Below the pieces are notes generated by a model. That model was not told where the DNA came from and searched no databases. It saw only the letters and a list, made by a program, of their open reading frames with translations. A program made the position numbers and the translations under genes. DNA of 63,702 bases, counting the filler, from Pirum gemmata (lineage: Eukaryota), in the NCBI GenBank assembly GCA_002812295.1. It is 30 parts of 30 records of this genome, joined end to end, with 100 filler letters (N's around TTAATTAATTAA, not from the genome) between each part and the next. Parts side by side here need not be neighbours in the genome. Positions count along the whole stretch, not along the records: positions 20,388 to 22,285 come from PDIN01010275.1; positions 22,386 to 24,285 come from PDIN01010276.1; positions 24,386 to 26,305 come from PDIN01010277.1; positions 26,406 to 28,294 come from PDIN01010278.1; positions 28,395 to 30,291 come from PDIN01010279.1; positions 30,392 to 32,311 come from PDIN01010280.1; 24 more parts are not named here. One strand, 5' to 3'. Of the stretch, positions 21,054 through 32,299 are shown in pieces (the stretch's first letter is position 1; each line of letters begins with the position of its first letter).

Positions 21054-23001
21054 TGTTAAACATAGACACTAGAAATAATGATATAAAATTATTATTTTTT
21101 TTTCGTGTGTGTGGACTCTGGAGGCTATTTTTAATTAATTTTGTCAAGGACCAAATAGCCTAAATCAAGGAGCTACTAGATCTTACCTCTAGACTAGATA
21201 TTAGTGATCATAATAACATTATCCTTTTCATTTATTTTGGTGGATTATAACCTTTAAATCGACATTTTTAAATGAATAAATAAATAATAAACCATACCAA
21301 ATTAAATAAAATGGATTTTTATTACATAATTTGGTATTCTTTATTGCATATTTTATCATGAGTTGTTCTTATGGTGATTTTAGGTGATTTTAGAGTGATT
21401 TTATTATAAGATTTTATTATAGACTAATCTAGCTAGGTGATTTTATCTAGCTATGGTAGATGATTAGTAGATTTTAAAAAAATTATTTTTTTTTTGTATA
21501 CGTATGATAATATCAAAGAGTGAAATCCACCATAATGATCTCAAAAAACTTAAAATGCTCCAATTTTAATAAAAGTACTACCAAAATTTAATAAATTGTC
21601 TAACTAAGAAAGCCCTATTATGAACTAATGGCTCCTTTTTAAAAATAATTTGGCTAGTTAACATTAAAGGTTTTTTAGAAAAGGAGTATACGTATACTAC
21701 CCAGTCTAGTCTTTTTCAGTTTCTTTTTCTAATTAAATTTTTTTTAAAAAGAAATAATTTCATCAAAATTTTTTCTTCAGTTTTTTTTTTTTTTAACGAC
21801 CAAGTCGGATAATCTTATTTACTACTAAACATCAAAATAACCCAATTTTAAATAAAAGTGCTACCAAAGTTTGAGAAATTGTTAAACTAAAAAAACTCTA
21901 TTATGAACCAATGGCTAGTTTTTAAAAATAATTTGGCTATTGAAACGTTTGAAAAGAAGTCTAAAAAAAAATGATTTCTTTAGTCTTTTTGGCTATAAAA
22001 ATGTTTGCTGCCAATCCGATTCTGACTTTAGCTGATTCTGAGCCCCTCGTTTATTATTTTCTTATCATATAATAATAATAATAATAATTATATATTATTA
22101 TTATTATTTTTTAAAAAAATTATTTTTATAATAAATAAATGAATATTCTGAGTCTCTTACGCTAGGAATATTCTGATTATAATAAATAAATTTTTTTTTA
22201 GTGTTTCAGTTGTTTTGTCATCATAAAATATACAATAAATAGTACCAAATTAATATAATATACATCCATTTAATTTAATTTGGTANNNNNNNNNNNNNNN
22301 NNNNNNNNNNNNNNNNNNNNNNNNNNNNNTTAATTAATTAANNNNNNNNNNNNNNNNNNNNNNNNNNNNNNNNNNNNNNNNNNNNATTATTATTATTATT
22401 ATTATTATTGAACAGTCAAAAAAAATTAAAATTCAAGAAAAATACTGAGTTGAAAGTGCGAGTTGAAACTTGAAACTGTTGAAACTTGTTGAAAAATATT
22501 TTTTTATATATTCGCCATAATATGAGCTCAAAAATCCAAAAAATCTCAAAATGATCCAATTTTAATGAAAGTACTACCAGTTGTACTGCCACATTTTGAG
22601 AAATTGTTTAACTAAGGAAACACCAATGGCAAGTTTTTAAAAATAATTTGGCTAGTTAGCATTTTTAAGGTTCTTAGAAAAGAAGTCGATTTCTACAGTT
22701 TTATTCGGTATTGATAGGTCAAAAAAATCATGGCCGCGCCGCGCCATAAATCAAAAAGCAACCCAGAAAAACACAAAAAAAAATGATTTATTTATTTTTA
22801 TGACATTATCAAGGAGTTCAATTTTTTGAACTCCTTGCGTATATATATATAAATAAAAAGTTTGAGCCCAGAGCCAAAGCGTGGCAGTTACATAATATAT
22901 ATATATATATATAATGATAATATAATGATAATAAATATATTACCATCAATTCAGAACACTATTATTGAGGTCTTTAGAAATAAACACTAAAATACCGGAT
23001 A

Positions 23002-23330
23002 TAACCCTAACCCTAACCCTAACCCTAACCCTAACCCTAACCCTAACCCTAACCCTAACCCTAACCCTAACCCTAACCCTAACCCTAACCCTAACCCTAA
23101 CCNNNNNNNNNNNNNNNNNNNNNNNNNNNNNNNNNNNNNNNNNNNNNNNCTAACCCTAACCCTAACCCTAACCCTAACCCTAACCCTAACCCTAACCCTA
23201 ACCCTAACCCTAACCCTAACCCTAGCCCTAGCCCTAAGTACCCTAGCCCCAAGTTACCCTAACCTTAACCCTAACCCTAAGCCTAAGCCTAACCCTAAGC
23301 CTAACCCTAATAACCCTAACCCTAACCTTA
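23002..23330 (-). repeat. Interstitial (TTAGGG)n array
   Basis: Near-perfect TAACCC repeats with an internal N gap and non-telomeric sequence on both sides. Confidence 0.9.
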
Positions 23331-24233
23331 ACTCTATAATGATAATAAATATATTATCATAAATTCGGGGCGCTATTATTGAAGTCTTTAGAAATAGCCA
23401 CTAAATTATCGATAAGTATAAAATAAACATAATTAATATGTTACTTACTACAAGTACGTTGAGTGCGTGCTACCTGGCAAGATAGAAATACTAGATAAAA
23501 CTGTTTTGGTATTAGTTTCTTCTTATTATATTATTAGATGTGATTATGATTGTTTTAAAAGATGTGTTTATAAATAATGTGATGGGAATAATTGTTGCCA
23601 ACTGTATTGTTTTTATAGTCGGTTGAACCAACTAGTTTGCTATTTACTATTTCACGTTTATTAATAGTTAGTAATAAATAATAAATAATAATAATAAAGA
23701 ATAAATAATAATAAATAATAAACGAAACAATATTTATAGTAACAGTTATATAATCACAACCATAATATTTTAATCAACCCCGCCATCACTATAATCATAT
23801 TCATAATATAATTATTAATAATAAAAATTACAATAATAATAAACGAAAAAACAAAACACACAACAAGAAACTTAGACACACACACACACACGAATTAAAC
23901 TTAATAATGATAATATCATGTAAGAATGAAATTCGTTATATAACCAGCAACTTAACATTTCAGTCAACATTATCATCACTACAATCATTTAATAATATAA
24001 CTATAATCATATAATAATATAACTATAAACATATAATAATATAACTATAATCATATAATAATATAACTATAAGCATACAATATAACTATAATCATATAAT
24101 AATACAACTACAATCATAAGGCACTTCATGAGCAATTACTATTTTTGCTCTTATCTCACTTTGCTATTATTATTATTGTATCTGTGTTGTTGATGTTGCT
24201 TGCTGTTTGTTGTTGTTCTTGTTGTTGTTGTTC

Positions 24234-24277
<44 letters not shown>

Positions 24278-24481
24278 GCTGTCGANNNNNNNNNNNNNNN
24301 NNNNNNNNNNNNNNNNNNNNNNNNNNNNNTTAATTAATTAANNNNNNNNNNNNNNNNNNNNNNNNNNNNNNNNNNNNNNNNNNNNAAAAACCAAAAAAAC
24401 CAAAAAAAAACCAAAGCAAAAAACCAAAACAAAAATATATATATATAAAAAACATAAAAAAATAAGTAAATAGTTTTACAG

Positions 24482-24752
24482 ATGGTGTTGTTAAGTGACA
24501 ACCAACAATTCCAAATTGCAGCACAAAGCCAGGATGAAAATGAAAAAATTAAAGAAATTTCAGAAAAGGCTATTCGTGAATTTGCCCTAGAACATACTTT
24601 ATATCTTAAACTATTAGAAGTTACAGATTCAATAAAACAAAATACTCTACTTTTAAACGAATTAATAGATGAAGGTAAAGGTTATCAATGTACTTGCTCA
24701 GAGTTAAATAACAACTGCTTGCCAGTTTGTTCGTTCGAAAACAAACATAAAC
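24482..24752 (+). CDS. Exon of an unknown helical/coiled-coil protein
   Basis: Preceded by TTTTACAG, open frame, ends at donor GTAAGT (24753). Probable short terminal exon (H-x-NPLISPLRLPL-stop) lies inside the downstream tandem repeat. Confidence 0.55.
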
Positions 24753-24934
24753 GTAAGTTATCATCATTATCATTTTATTATTTTCATTATCGCAAAAATA
24801 TATTGCGAAAAAAAATATTTCTTAATTACTATTTATTATGCGATAAATTATTTTTACGGTCAACACCTCGAATCAAATTCATGTGTTCGAGTCTATCTGA
24901 AATATATGATTGAAATATTTTTTTTTCGAGTTAT

Positions 24935-25745
24935 AGACTTAACATTGACATTAACATTAACATTAACATTAACATTAACATTAACATAAACATTAACATT
25001 ATCACCATTATTATCGTTATTATTATTATTAGATAGTAACCCGCTCATATCTCCATTGCGGTTGCCGTTATGAAAATGATGTTTATTATAAGTATAAAGA
25101 TTAATACATGTATTATATAGCTGTCTTAATAATCATCTTCATAATAGATTTAACATTAACATTAACATTAACATTAACATTAACATTAACATTAACAATA
25201 TCACCATTATTATTATTATTATTATTATTATTAGATATTAACCCGCTCATATCTCCATGATGTTTATTATAAGTATAAAGACTAATACATGTATTATATA
25301 GCTGTCTTAATAATCATCGTCATAATAGACTTAACATTAACATTAAAACATTAACATTAACATTAAGATTAACATTAACATTAACATTATCACTATTATT
25401 ATTATTATTATTATTAGATATTAACCCGCTCATATCTCCATTGCGGTTGTTGTTATGAAAATGATGTTTATTATAAGTATAAAGATTAATATATGTATTA
25501 TATAGCTGTCTTAATAATCATCTTCACAATAGACTTAACATTAACATTAACATTAACATTAACATTAACATTAACATTAACATTAACATTAACATTAACA
25601 TTAACATTAACATTAACATTATCACCATTATTAGATATTAACCCGCTTATATCTCCATTGCGGTTACCGTTATGAAAATGATGTTTATTATAAGTATAAA
25701 GATTAATACACGTATTATATAGCTGTCTTAATAATCATCTTCATA
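24935..25745 (+). repeat. Four ~200-bp tandem units, each with (ACATTA)n, an AG acceptor and an exon-like segment
   Basis: TTAG|ATA(G/T)TAACCCGCT(C/T)ATATCTCCAT... repeated four times. Confidence 0.9.
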
Positions 25746-26418
25746 ATAAAAATAGCAATGGAGATATTGGCGTTTAAAGAAAAATCTAGGGACCTGGTTC
25801 ACACCGCCTATGGGTTCACATGTAATTATACAATAGTAATAGTAAAAGTAATAGTAATAGTAATAGTAATAGTAATAGTAATAGTAATAGTAATAGGTAA
25901 TAGTAATTAGTAATTAGTAATTAGTAATAGTAATAGTAATACATAGTATTGTTAACAAATTTCCAAATAAAGGTGGAGGGTTTGAGTTAAAATCAGGGTT
26001 AGATTTAGAGTTAGGGTTAGAGTTAGGGTTAAGGCTAGGGTTAGGATTGAGGTTAGGGTTAGGGTTGAGGTTAGGGTTAGGGTTAGGGTTAGGTTAGAGT
26101 TAGGGGGTTAGGATCATGTTAAGGTTAGGTTTGATGTTAGGGTTAGGGTTAGGGGGTTAGGATTAGGATTAGGATTAGGATTAGGATTTGGGTTAGGGTT
26201 AGGGTTAGGGTTAGGGTTAGGGTTAGGGTTAGGGTTAGTGTTAGGGTTAGGGTTAGTGTTAGGTTATACACACAGATTACACAGCTAAGAGCTGTAATAC
26301 ATACTNNNNNNNNNNNNNNNNNNNNNNNNNNNNNNNNNNNNNNNNNNNNTTAATTAATTAANNNNNNNNNNNNNNNNNNNNNNNNNNNNNNNNNNNNNNN
26401 NNNNNCCTTCCTCCCCAG

Positions 26419-28167
26419 GTTGATAATGCACCAGTAGTAGAACATATAACTGCTTTTGATGGAGATGGAATCAAGCGAGTTTTGGCATTTATAACTAATA
26501 AAGAAAACTTTGTGAAATACAGAGCTTACATGCAGTATAAAGTAATTAAAACCTATTATAAATTCTGCACCAAGGACATGGATGAAGGTTAGCGTTGGTG
26601 TTAGAGTTATTGTTAGGATTGTTATTGTTATTGTTATTGTTATTCTTATTATTAGGGTTAGGTTAGGGTTAGGGTCAGGGTTAGGTTAGGGTTAGGGTTA
26701 GGTTAGGGTTAGGGTTAGTAGTAGGTTAGGGTTAGGGCTAGGGTTAGTAGTAGGTTAGGGCTAGGGCTAGGGTTAGGGTTGGAGTTAGAGCTTTTCGGTT
26801 ATTTTGTTATCTGTCTCGTTTATCTGCTATTGATTAAAACACTTAACTTACGATACTAATGATAGAATAATGATAACAATACTTAGGAAAATGTGATACT
26901 TTTTATAGTAATATAGGTTCATTTCTGTGTATTATTATTATTACATAGAGTTTTTTGACTTTTATTTACGAAAATGGAGTGGGCAACAAAACCCAAAAAA
27001 AAATGACAAGCATTCTATTATTACTGTAAATAGCTAAATAAGGAATATGATATTTTATAGTAACTTATAACTAAATTAGTTATATAAGTTCGTGTTTGTG
27101 TGTATTATTATTGCATAGAGTTTATGACTTTTACGAAAATTGAGTGGGCAACAAAAACCAAAAGAAAATGACAAGCGTTCTATTATGACTGTAAATAGTT
27201 AAATAAGGAATATGATATTTTATAGTAAATTATAACTAAATTAGGAAAATGTGATACGTTTTATAGTAATATAAGTTCTTTTTTTGTGTGTGTTTTATTA
27301 TTATTTTTACATAAAGAGTTTATTGGCAACAAAAACCAAAAGAAAATGACAAGCGTTCTATTATGACTGTGAATAGCTAAATAAGGAATATGATATTTTA
27401 TAGTAATTTATAACTAAATTAGGAAATGTGATAAGTTTTATAGTAATATAAGTTCGTTTTTATGTGTATTATTATTATTACATAGAGTTTTTTGACTTTT
27501 ACTTACGAAAATTGAGTGGGCAACAAAAACCAAAAGAAAATGACAAGCGTTCTGTTATGACTGTAAATGGGTTTGCAGATGAATTACTTGGAAAAATATA
27601 TGTAGCCAAACATTTCTCTTCTGAATGCAAAGAAAATGTAAAACGTATGATTGATGATGTTTTAGTTATAATGAAGGTTTGTTTATTTATTTATTGTTGT
27701 TATTGTTGTTGGTTTGGTTTTGGTTTTTAGTTTTTGTTGTTGGTTTGGTTTTTTTGTTTTTGGTTTTGTCTTTTTGGTCTTGGTTTTGGTTTTGGTTTTG
27801 GTTTTTTTCTTTTGGTTTTGGTTCGGGTTCGGGTTCGGGTTTGGGTTTGGGTTTTTTTATTAGGTTTGGGTTTTTGGTTTGGGTTTGGGTTTTTTTATTG
27901 GGTTTGGGTTTTTTTATTGGGTTTGGGTTTTTGGTTTGGGTTTGGGGTTTTGGTTTGGGTTTGGGTTTTTTTTATTGGGTTTGGGTTTTTGGTTTGGGTT
28001 TGGGTTTTGATTTTGATTTTGGTTTTGGTTTTGGTTTTGTTTGTTTGTTTTTTTCTTTGCAATGATTAATTTGCATATTTTTTGTTCTTACATTAAAAAA
28101 AATAAATAATTAATATATACATATATATATTAGGAATCCATTGATGCTAATAATTGGCTTATGAAAG
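26419..28167 (+). CDS. M13 family (neprilysin/PepO-like) metallopeptidase, internal exons 26419-26587, 27486-27676 and 28134-28167
   Basis: In-frame splice product ...YRAYMQYKVI...DE|EFFDFYLRKLSGQQKPK..KRS..VN..DELLGKIYVAKHFS..CKENVKRMIDDV...MK|ESIDANNWL is typical of the M13 N-terminal domain. Confidence 0.88.
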
Positions 28168-28436
28168 GTGCCTACTCTCAACAATACCTAATCCTAATTC
28201 TAACACTAATAACCCTTACCCTGACCCTAACCATTACCCTAACCTTAACCTTATCTCTGGCTTTAACCTTAACCCTAACCCTAACCCTAACCCTNNNNNN
28301 NNNNNNNNNNNNNNNNNNNNNNNNNNNNNNNNNNNNNNTTAATTAATTAANNNNNNNNNNNNNNNNNNNNNNNNNNNNNNNNNNNNNNNNNNNNAATAAT
28401 AATAATAATAATAATTTAAAAAGTAAATAAATAAAA

Positions 28437-30011
28437 ATGATGATTTTTACTGTAAATTTAAAATTGCTTGGAGCAACTTCTATCCTTTTTACTTCAGCAT
28501 CGGCTATCGGTCTACTAACATCCCCATACCAATGTGTCGTATCTGATCCTAAATTTACTGGTCCTCTTGCCCACGTTTCTGACAAATGGTGCCAACTTAA
28601 CTGCATTGGTTTGGATGGCACTCCTAACGGGCATCCAGCTTGTATATATGATATAATGAGTACTGGTTCTAACCTTCATACTCGTTGTATTTGTTCCGAC
28701 CAGGAAACTCCAGTGACCCCTGAACCTGAACCTGAACCTGAACCTGAACCTGAACCTGAATTACCGACTTGCCAAAGAGCTAGTGGCCGTTTTGTGATTT
28801 CTGGAGTTCAAGAAAACCCAGCGGGCTCACCTGCGTCTCACAACTTATTAGAAGGGGAGTGGTTTAGATGTACCTCTGATAACTGTGATACAAGTACTTT
28901 AGGTAGCGCTTTTCTAGATAGAGAAGGATACTATCGCTTGACTTCTAAAGCTGGAACTAGATATGTTTATGCTAACGAAAATGGTGTCCAAATGGCTATT
29001 AACGAGTTAGACAGCGTAATGAGTGTGTATATGCCCAATGTTAATATTGGAAGGCAGGGGGGTAGATTTGGTTTCGTTTGGGGTGTAGGAACTGGAAATG
29101 TAGCCACAGCATTTGATGGAAGTAATCGTGGTTGTGATACTTGCACTGTAACAATGTGCAATGACGAAAATCTTTTTGAAAACTTGGGCTTTATCATATC
29201 CGGTGTCTCTAATAGCCCTGAAAATCCTCCAGAATCACATAGTTTACTAGAAGGGGAATTTACCAAATGTACTCCTGCTACATGCACAGATACTACATCT
29301 TTAGCACACGCTCATGTTGATGCAGATGGGTACTATCGCATCACTTCTAAAGCGGGAACACGTTATGTCTATTCCAATAACAACGGAGTGCAAATAGCCA
29401 TTAATGAGCTTGATAGTGTTATGAGTGTTTACATGCCAGGGGTTAGTATCGGTTCACAAGGTGGAAGGTTCGGTTTTGTTTGGGGTCCAGGTACTGGAAC
29501 TATAGCAACCTCTTTCGACAATGGTAAAGGTAACACGAATTGCCCGACTTGCTTGACGACCATTACCGGAGCAGAAGAAAACCCATTTGAAAACTTAGTA
29601 GTGCAGCCAGGTTTTACTATCGATGGACTTTTAGATAACCCTGAAGGACCACCAGCCTCTCAGGGGGTAATTGAAGGAGATTATCATCTATGTACTGTAA
29701 ACAACTGTGATACTAGTAGGCTTGGCAGTGCTTTTGTTGATGACGATGGTTTCTACCGTTTCACTTCAAAAGCAGGCACCCGATATGTTTATGAAAATCA
29801 ACATAATGTTCAAATTGCCATAAATGAACTTGATAGCGTAATGAGCATTTACTTACCTGGAGCTAACCCAGGAAAACAAGGTGGAAGAACTGGATTTATT
29901 TACGGTGTAGGAACGGGAAAAATGGTTACCGCGTTTGACGGAAGTAATAGGGGCTGCTCTACTTGTACTGTTACTGCGCGCGGTGGTTTAAATCTTTTCG
30001 TAAATCTTTAA
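28437..30011 (+). CDS. Secreted Cys-rich protein: small 6-Cys N-domain, (PE)n linker and three ~130-aa tandem repeats; intronless
   Basis: 524-aa ORF with signal peptide. Repeats start at 28791, 29190 and 29613 and share TSKAGTRYVY, AINELDSVMS and QGGR. Confidence 0.9.
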   Translation: MMIFTVNLKLLGATSILFTSASAIGLLTSPYQCVVSDPKFTGPLAHVSDKWCQLNCIGLDGTPNGHPACIYDIMSTGSNLHTRCICSDQETPVTPEPEPEPEPEPEPELPTCQRASGRFVISGVQENPAGSPASHNLLEGEWFRCTSDNCDTSTLGSAFLDREGYYRLTSKAGTRYVYANENGVQMAINELDSVMSVYMPNVNIGRQGGRFGFVWGVGTGNVATAFDGSNRGCDTCTVTMCNDENLFENLGFIISGVSNSPENPPESHSLLEGEFTKCTPATCTDTTSLAHAHVDADGYYRITSKAGTRYVYSNNNGVQIAINELDSVMSVYMPGVSIGSQGGRFGFVWGPGTGTIATSFDNGKGNTNCPTCLTTITGAEENPFENLVVQPGFTIDGLLDNPEGPPASQGVIEGDYHLCTVNNCDTSRLGSAFVDDDGFYRFTSKAGTRYVYENQHNVQIAINELDSVMSIYLPGANPGKQGGRTGFIYGVGTGKMVTAFDGSNRGCSTCTVTARGGLNLFVNL

Positions 30012-30723
30012 ATAAATAAGGAACCCTTTCATTTTTTGAAAATACTAATATGATAAAGATTAGGAATGATTTTTCTATGGTAACGTACTGTAACGTGTTG
30101 TTTTTATCAGTCAATTTAATCAATTGTGTTTTAAAAAAAATTGCTTTGTATGTTTTATTAAGAAATTGGATATAATAATTAATAATAATAATAATAATAA
30201 ATAACTTTTAAGAGTATATTATACAATTTTATATTACATAATATCAAATGCATGTGTGTATTATACGTGTGTTTAAAAAACGTGTAATATCNNNNNNNNN
30301 NNNNNNNNNNNNNNNNNNNNNNNNNNNNNNNNNNNTTAATTAATTAANNNNNNNNNNNNNNNNNNNNNNNNNNNNNNNNNNNNNNNNNNNNAGGGCTAGC
30401 TAGGGCTAGGGTTAGGGTTAGGGTTAGGGTCAGAGTTAGGGTTAGGGTTAGGATTAGGGTTAGGATTAGGGTTAGGGTCATGGTTAGGATTAGGGTTAGG
30501 GTTAGGGTTAGGGTTAGGGTTAGGGTCAGAGTTAGGGTTAGGGTTAGGATTAGGGTTAGGATTAGGGTTAGGGTCATGGTTAGGATTAGGGTTAGGGTTA
30601 GGGTCATGTGGTAGGTCTCAACTGCTCTCTGCAGCAACTGTTCTTTGTACCATAATTATCATAGTTCTCTTGTATGATACTGGTAGTTTAGCTAGCTAGT
30701 AGTTCTTTATTATTTTTTTTTAA

Positions 30724-30937
30724 CAGCCAAGCTGGATAAAAATTGCGTCATCCGTCATAGAGCTCAAAAATCAAATATAACAAAAGTGCTACCAAATTTT
30801 GAGAAATCATTTCACTAAAAAAACTCTATTATGAACCAATGGCTAGTTTTTATAAATAATTTGGCTAGTTATATTTAAAGGTTTTTAGAAAAGAAGTCTA
30901 AAAAAATGATTTCTACAGTTTTAATCCGGCTTGGCTG
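30724..30937 (+). mobile_element. MITE family C copy with intact TTAA on both sides
   Basis: TTAA|CAGCCAAGCTGGATAAAA ... TTTTAATCCGGCTTGGCTG|TTAA. Confidence 0.9.
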
Positions 30938-31122
30938 TTAAAAAAATGCTTGGTCTATTTTGATGATGCAATCACTTCCAACTAGGATATGTTATGATGA
31001 CGTAAGATTTTAAATTAGCTAATCAACGAGCAAAAAGCATAAGAGTTACTTTTTTCTTTAAAAGGAACTATTATTACGTTAATTAGAAATATTTCACTTT
31101 CATTTATATAAACATATTTTAA

Positions 31123-31366
31123 CTACCAAGCCGAATAATAATGGCGACATCCACCATATGAGCTCAAAAACCCAAAAAATCTCAAAATAGTTCAATTTTA
31201 ATAAAAGTACTACCAAATTATAAGGAATTATTTAACTAAGAAACTCTATTATGAACCAATGGCTAGGTTGTATAAATAATTTGGCTAGTTAATATTTTGT
31301 CATAAAGGTTTTAGAAAAGAAGTCTAAAAAAAAAAAAGATTTCTACATTTTTATTCGGTTTGGCTG
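31123..31366 (+). mobile_element. MITE family C copy
   Basis: TTAA|CTACCAAGCCGAATAA ... TTATTCGGTTTGGCTG|TTAT. Confidence 0.85.
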
Positions 31367-31500
31367 TTATAAAAAAAAAAGGAAAACCAATCTATGGAAT
31401 GATACTGGGTAAGGTTGTAATAATAGTGTTGTAATTGAGCTTGTTCATAAAGTACAACATTTTAAGTATAAAAAATACCAATAATTTATAATAAATCTAC

Positions 31501-31557
31501 TTAGGGTTAGGGTTAGGGTTAGGGTTAGGGTTAGGGTTAGGGTTAGGGTTAGGGTTA
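31501..31557 (+). repeat. Perfect interstitial (TTAGGG)9
   Basis: Nine exact telomeric hexamers embedded in unique AT-rich DNA. Confidence 0.95.
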
Positions 31558-31685
31558 CATAGACTAGGTAGTGCTAGGTCTACCCAATGTTGGCTTTTTT
31601 TTTGGACACCTGCTAATGACATATTAGACTATTTGCACTCTTTTTGTAAACATTTCTAGATTTTATTTTATTTATTTATTTTTAA

Positions 31686-31925
31686 CTACCAAGCCGGATA
31701 AAAATGGCGACATCCACGATATGAGTTAAAAATCGAAAATCTCAAAATATTCCAATTTTAATGAAAGTACTACCAATATTTGAGAAATGTTTTGACTAAG
31801 AAAACTCTATTATGAACCAATTACTGGTTTTTAAAAATAATTTGGCTGGTTAGTATTATAGGTTTTTTAAAAAAGAAGTCTAAAAAAAAATGATTTCTAC
31901 AGTTTTATAAATCCGGCTTGGCAGT
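31686..31925 (+). mobile_element. MITE family C copy
   Basis: Left TIR after TTAA, right TIR ATCCGGCTTGGC. Partial copies also at ~16080, 21525, 21797, 22512, 46061 and 46565. Confidence 0.85.
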
Positions 31926-32265
31926 GGCTTGGCTTTTAAAAAAATATTTTCTTTTTTATGGCGCCTATTTATTTTTATAAATAGTATTTTTGTAGTCTAA
32001 AAACTATATAAATAAATTTTGTAATAATAGTCTATGATATCATAAAAAAAAAAAAAACAAAAAAAAAAAAACACAAAATCGCAGGAAAATATATATAAAA
32101 ACAAAACACAGGGATATTCTAATACTATAATTGTTTAAATATAACCGGTTAAATCCGGAAGGTTATTGTAAAATCATTTAACACCGGTCCCGGTATTTGT
32201 GGGTGACGACTGGTGACGTACAAGTTGGTAGGGCTACTGACGTGAGTGGGTAGTAGTCGGTGTTG

Positions 32266-32299
<34 letters not shown>

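Noticed and set aside
28437..30011. Alternative genetic code (TAA/TAG read as Gln)
   Set aside because: Long genes are open under the standard code and end in TAA or TAG at sensible positions.
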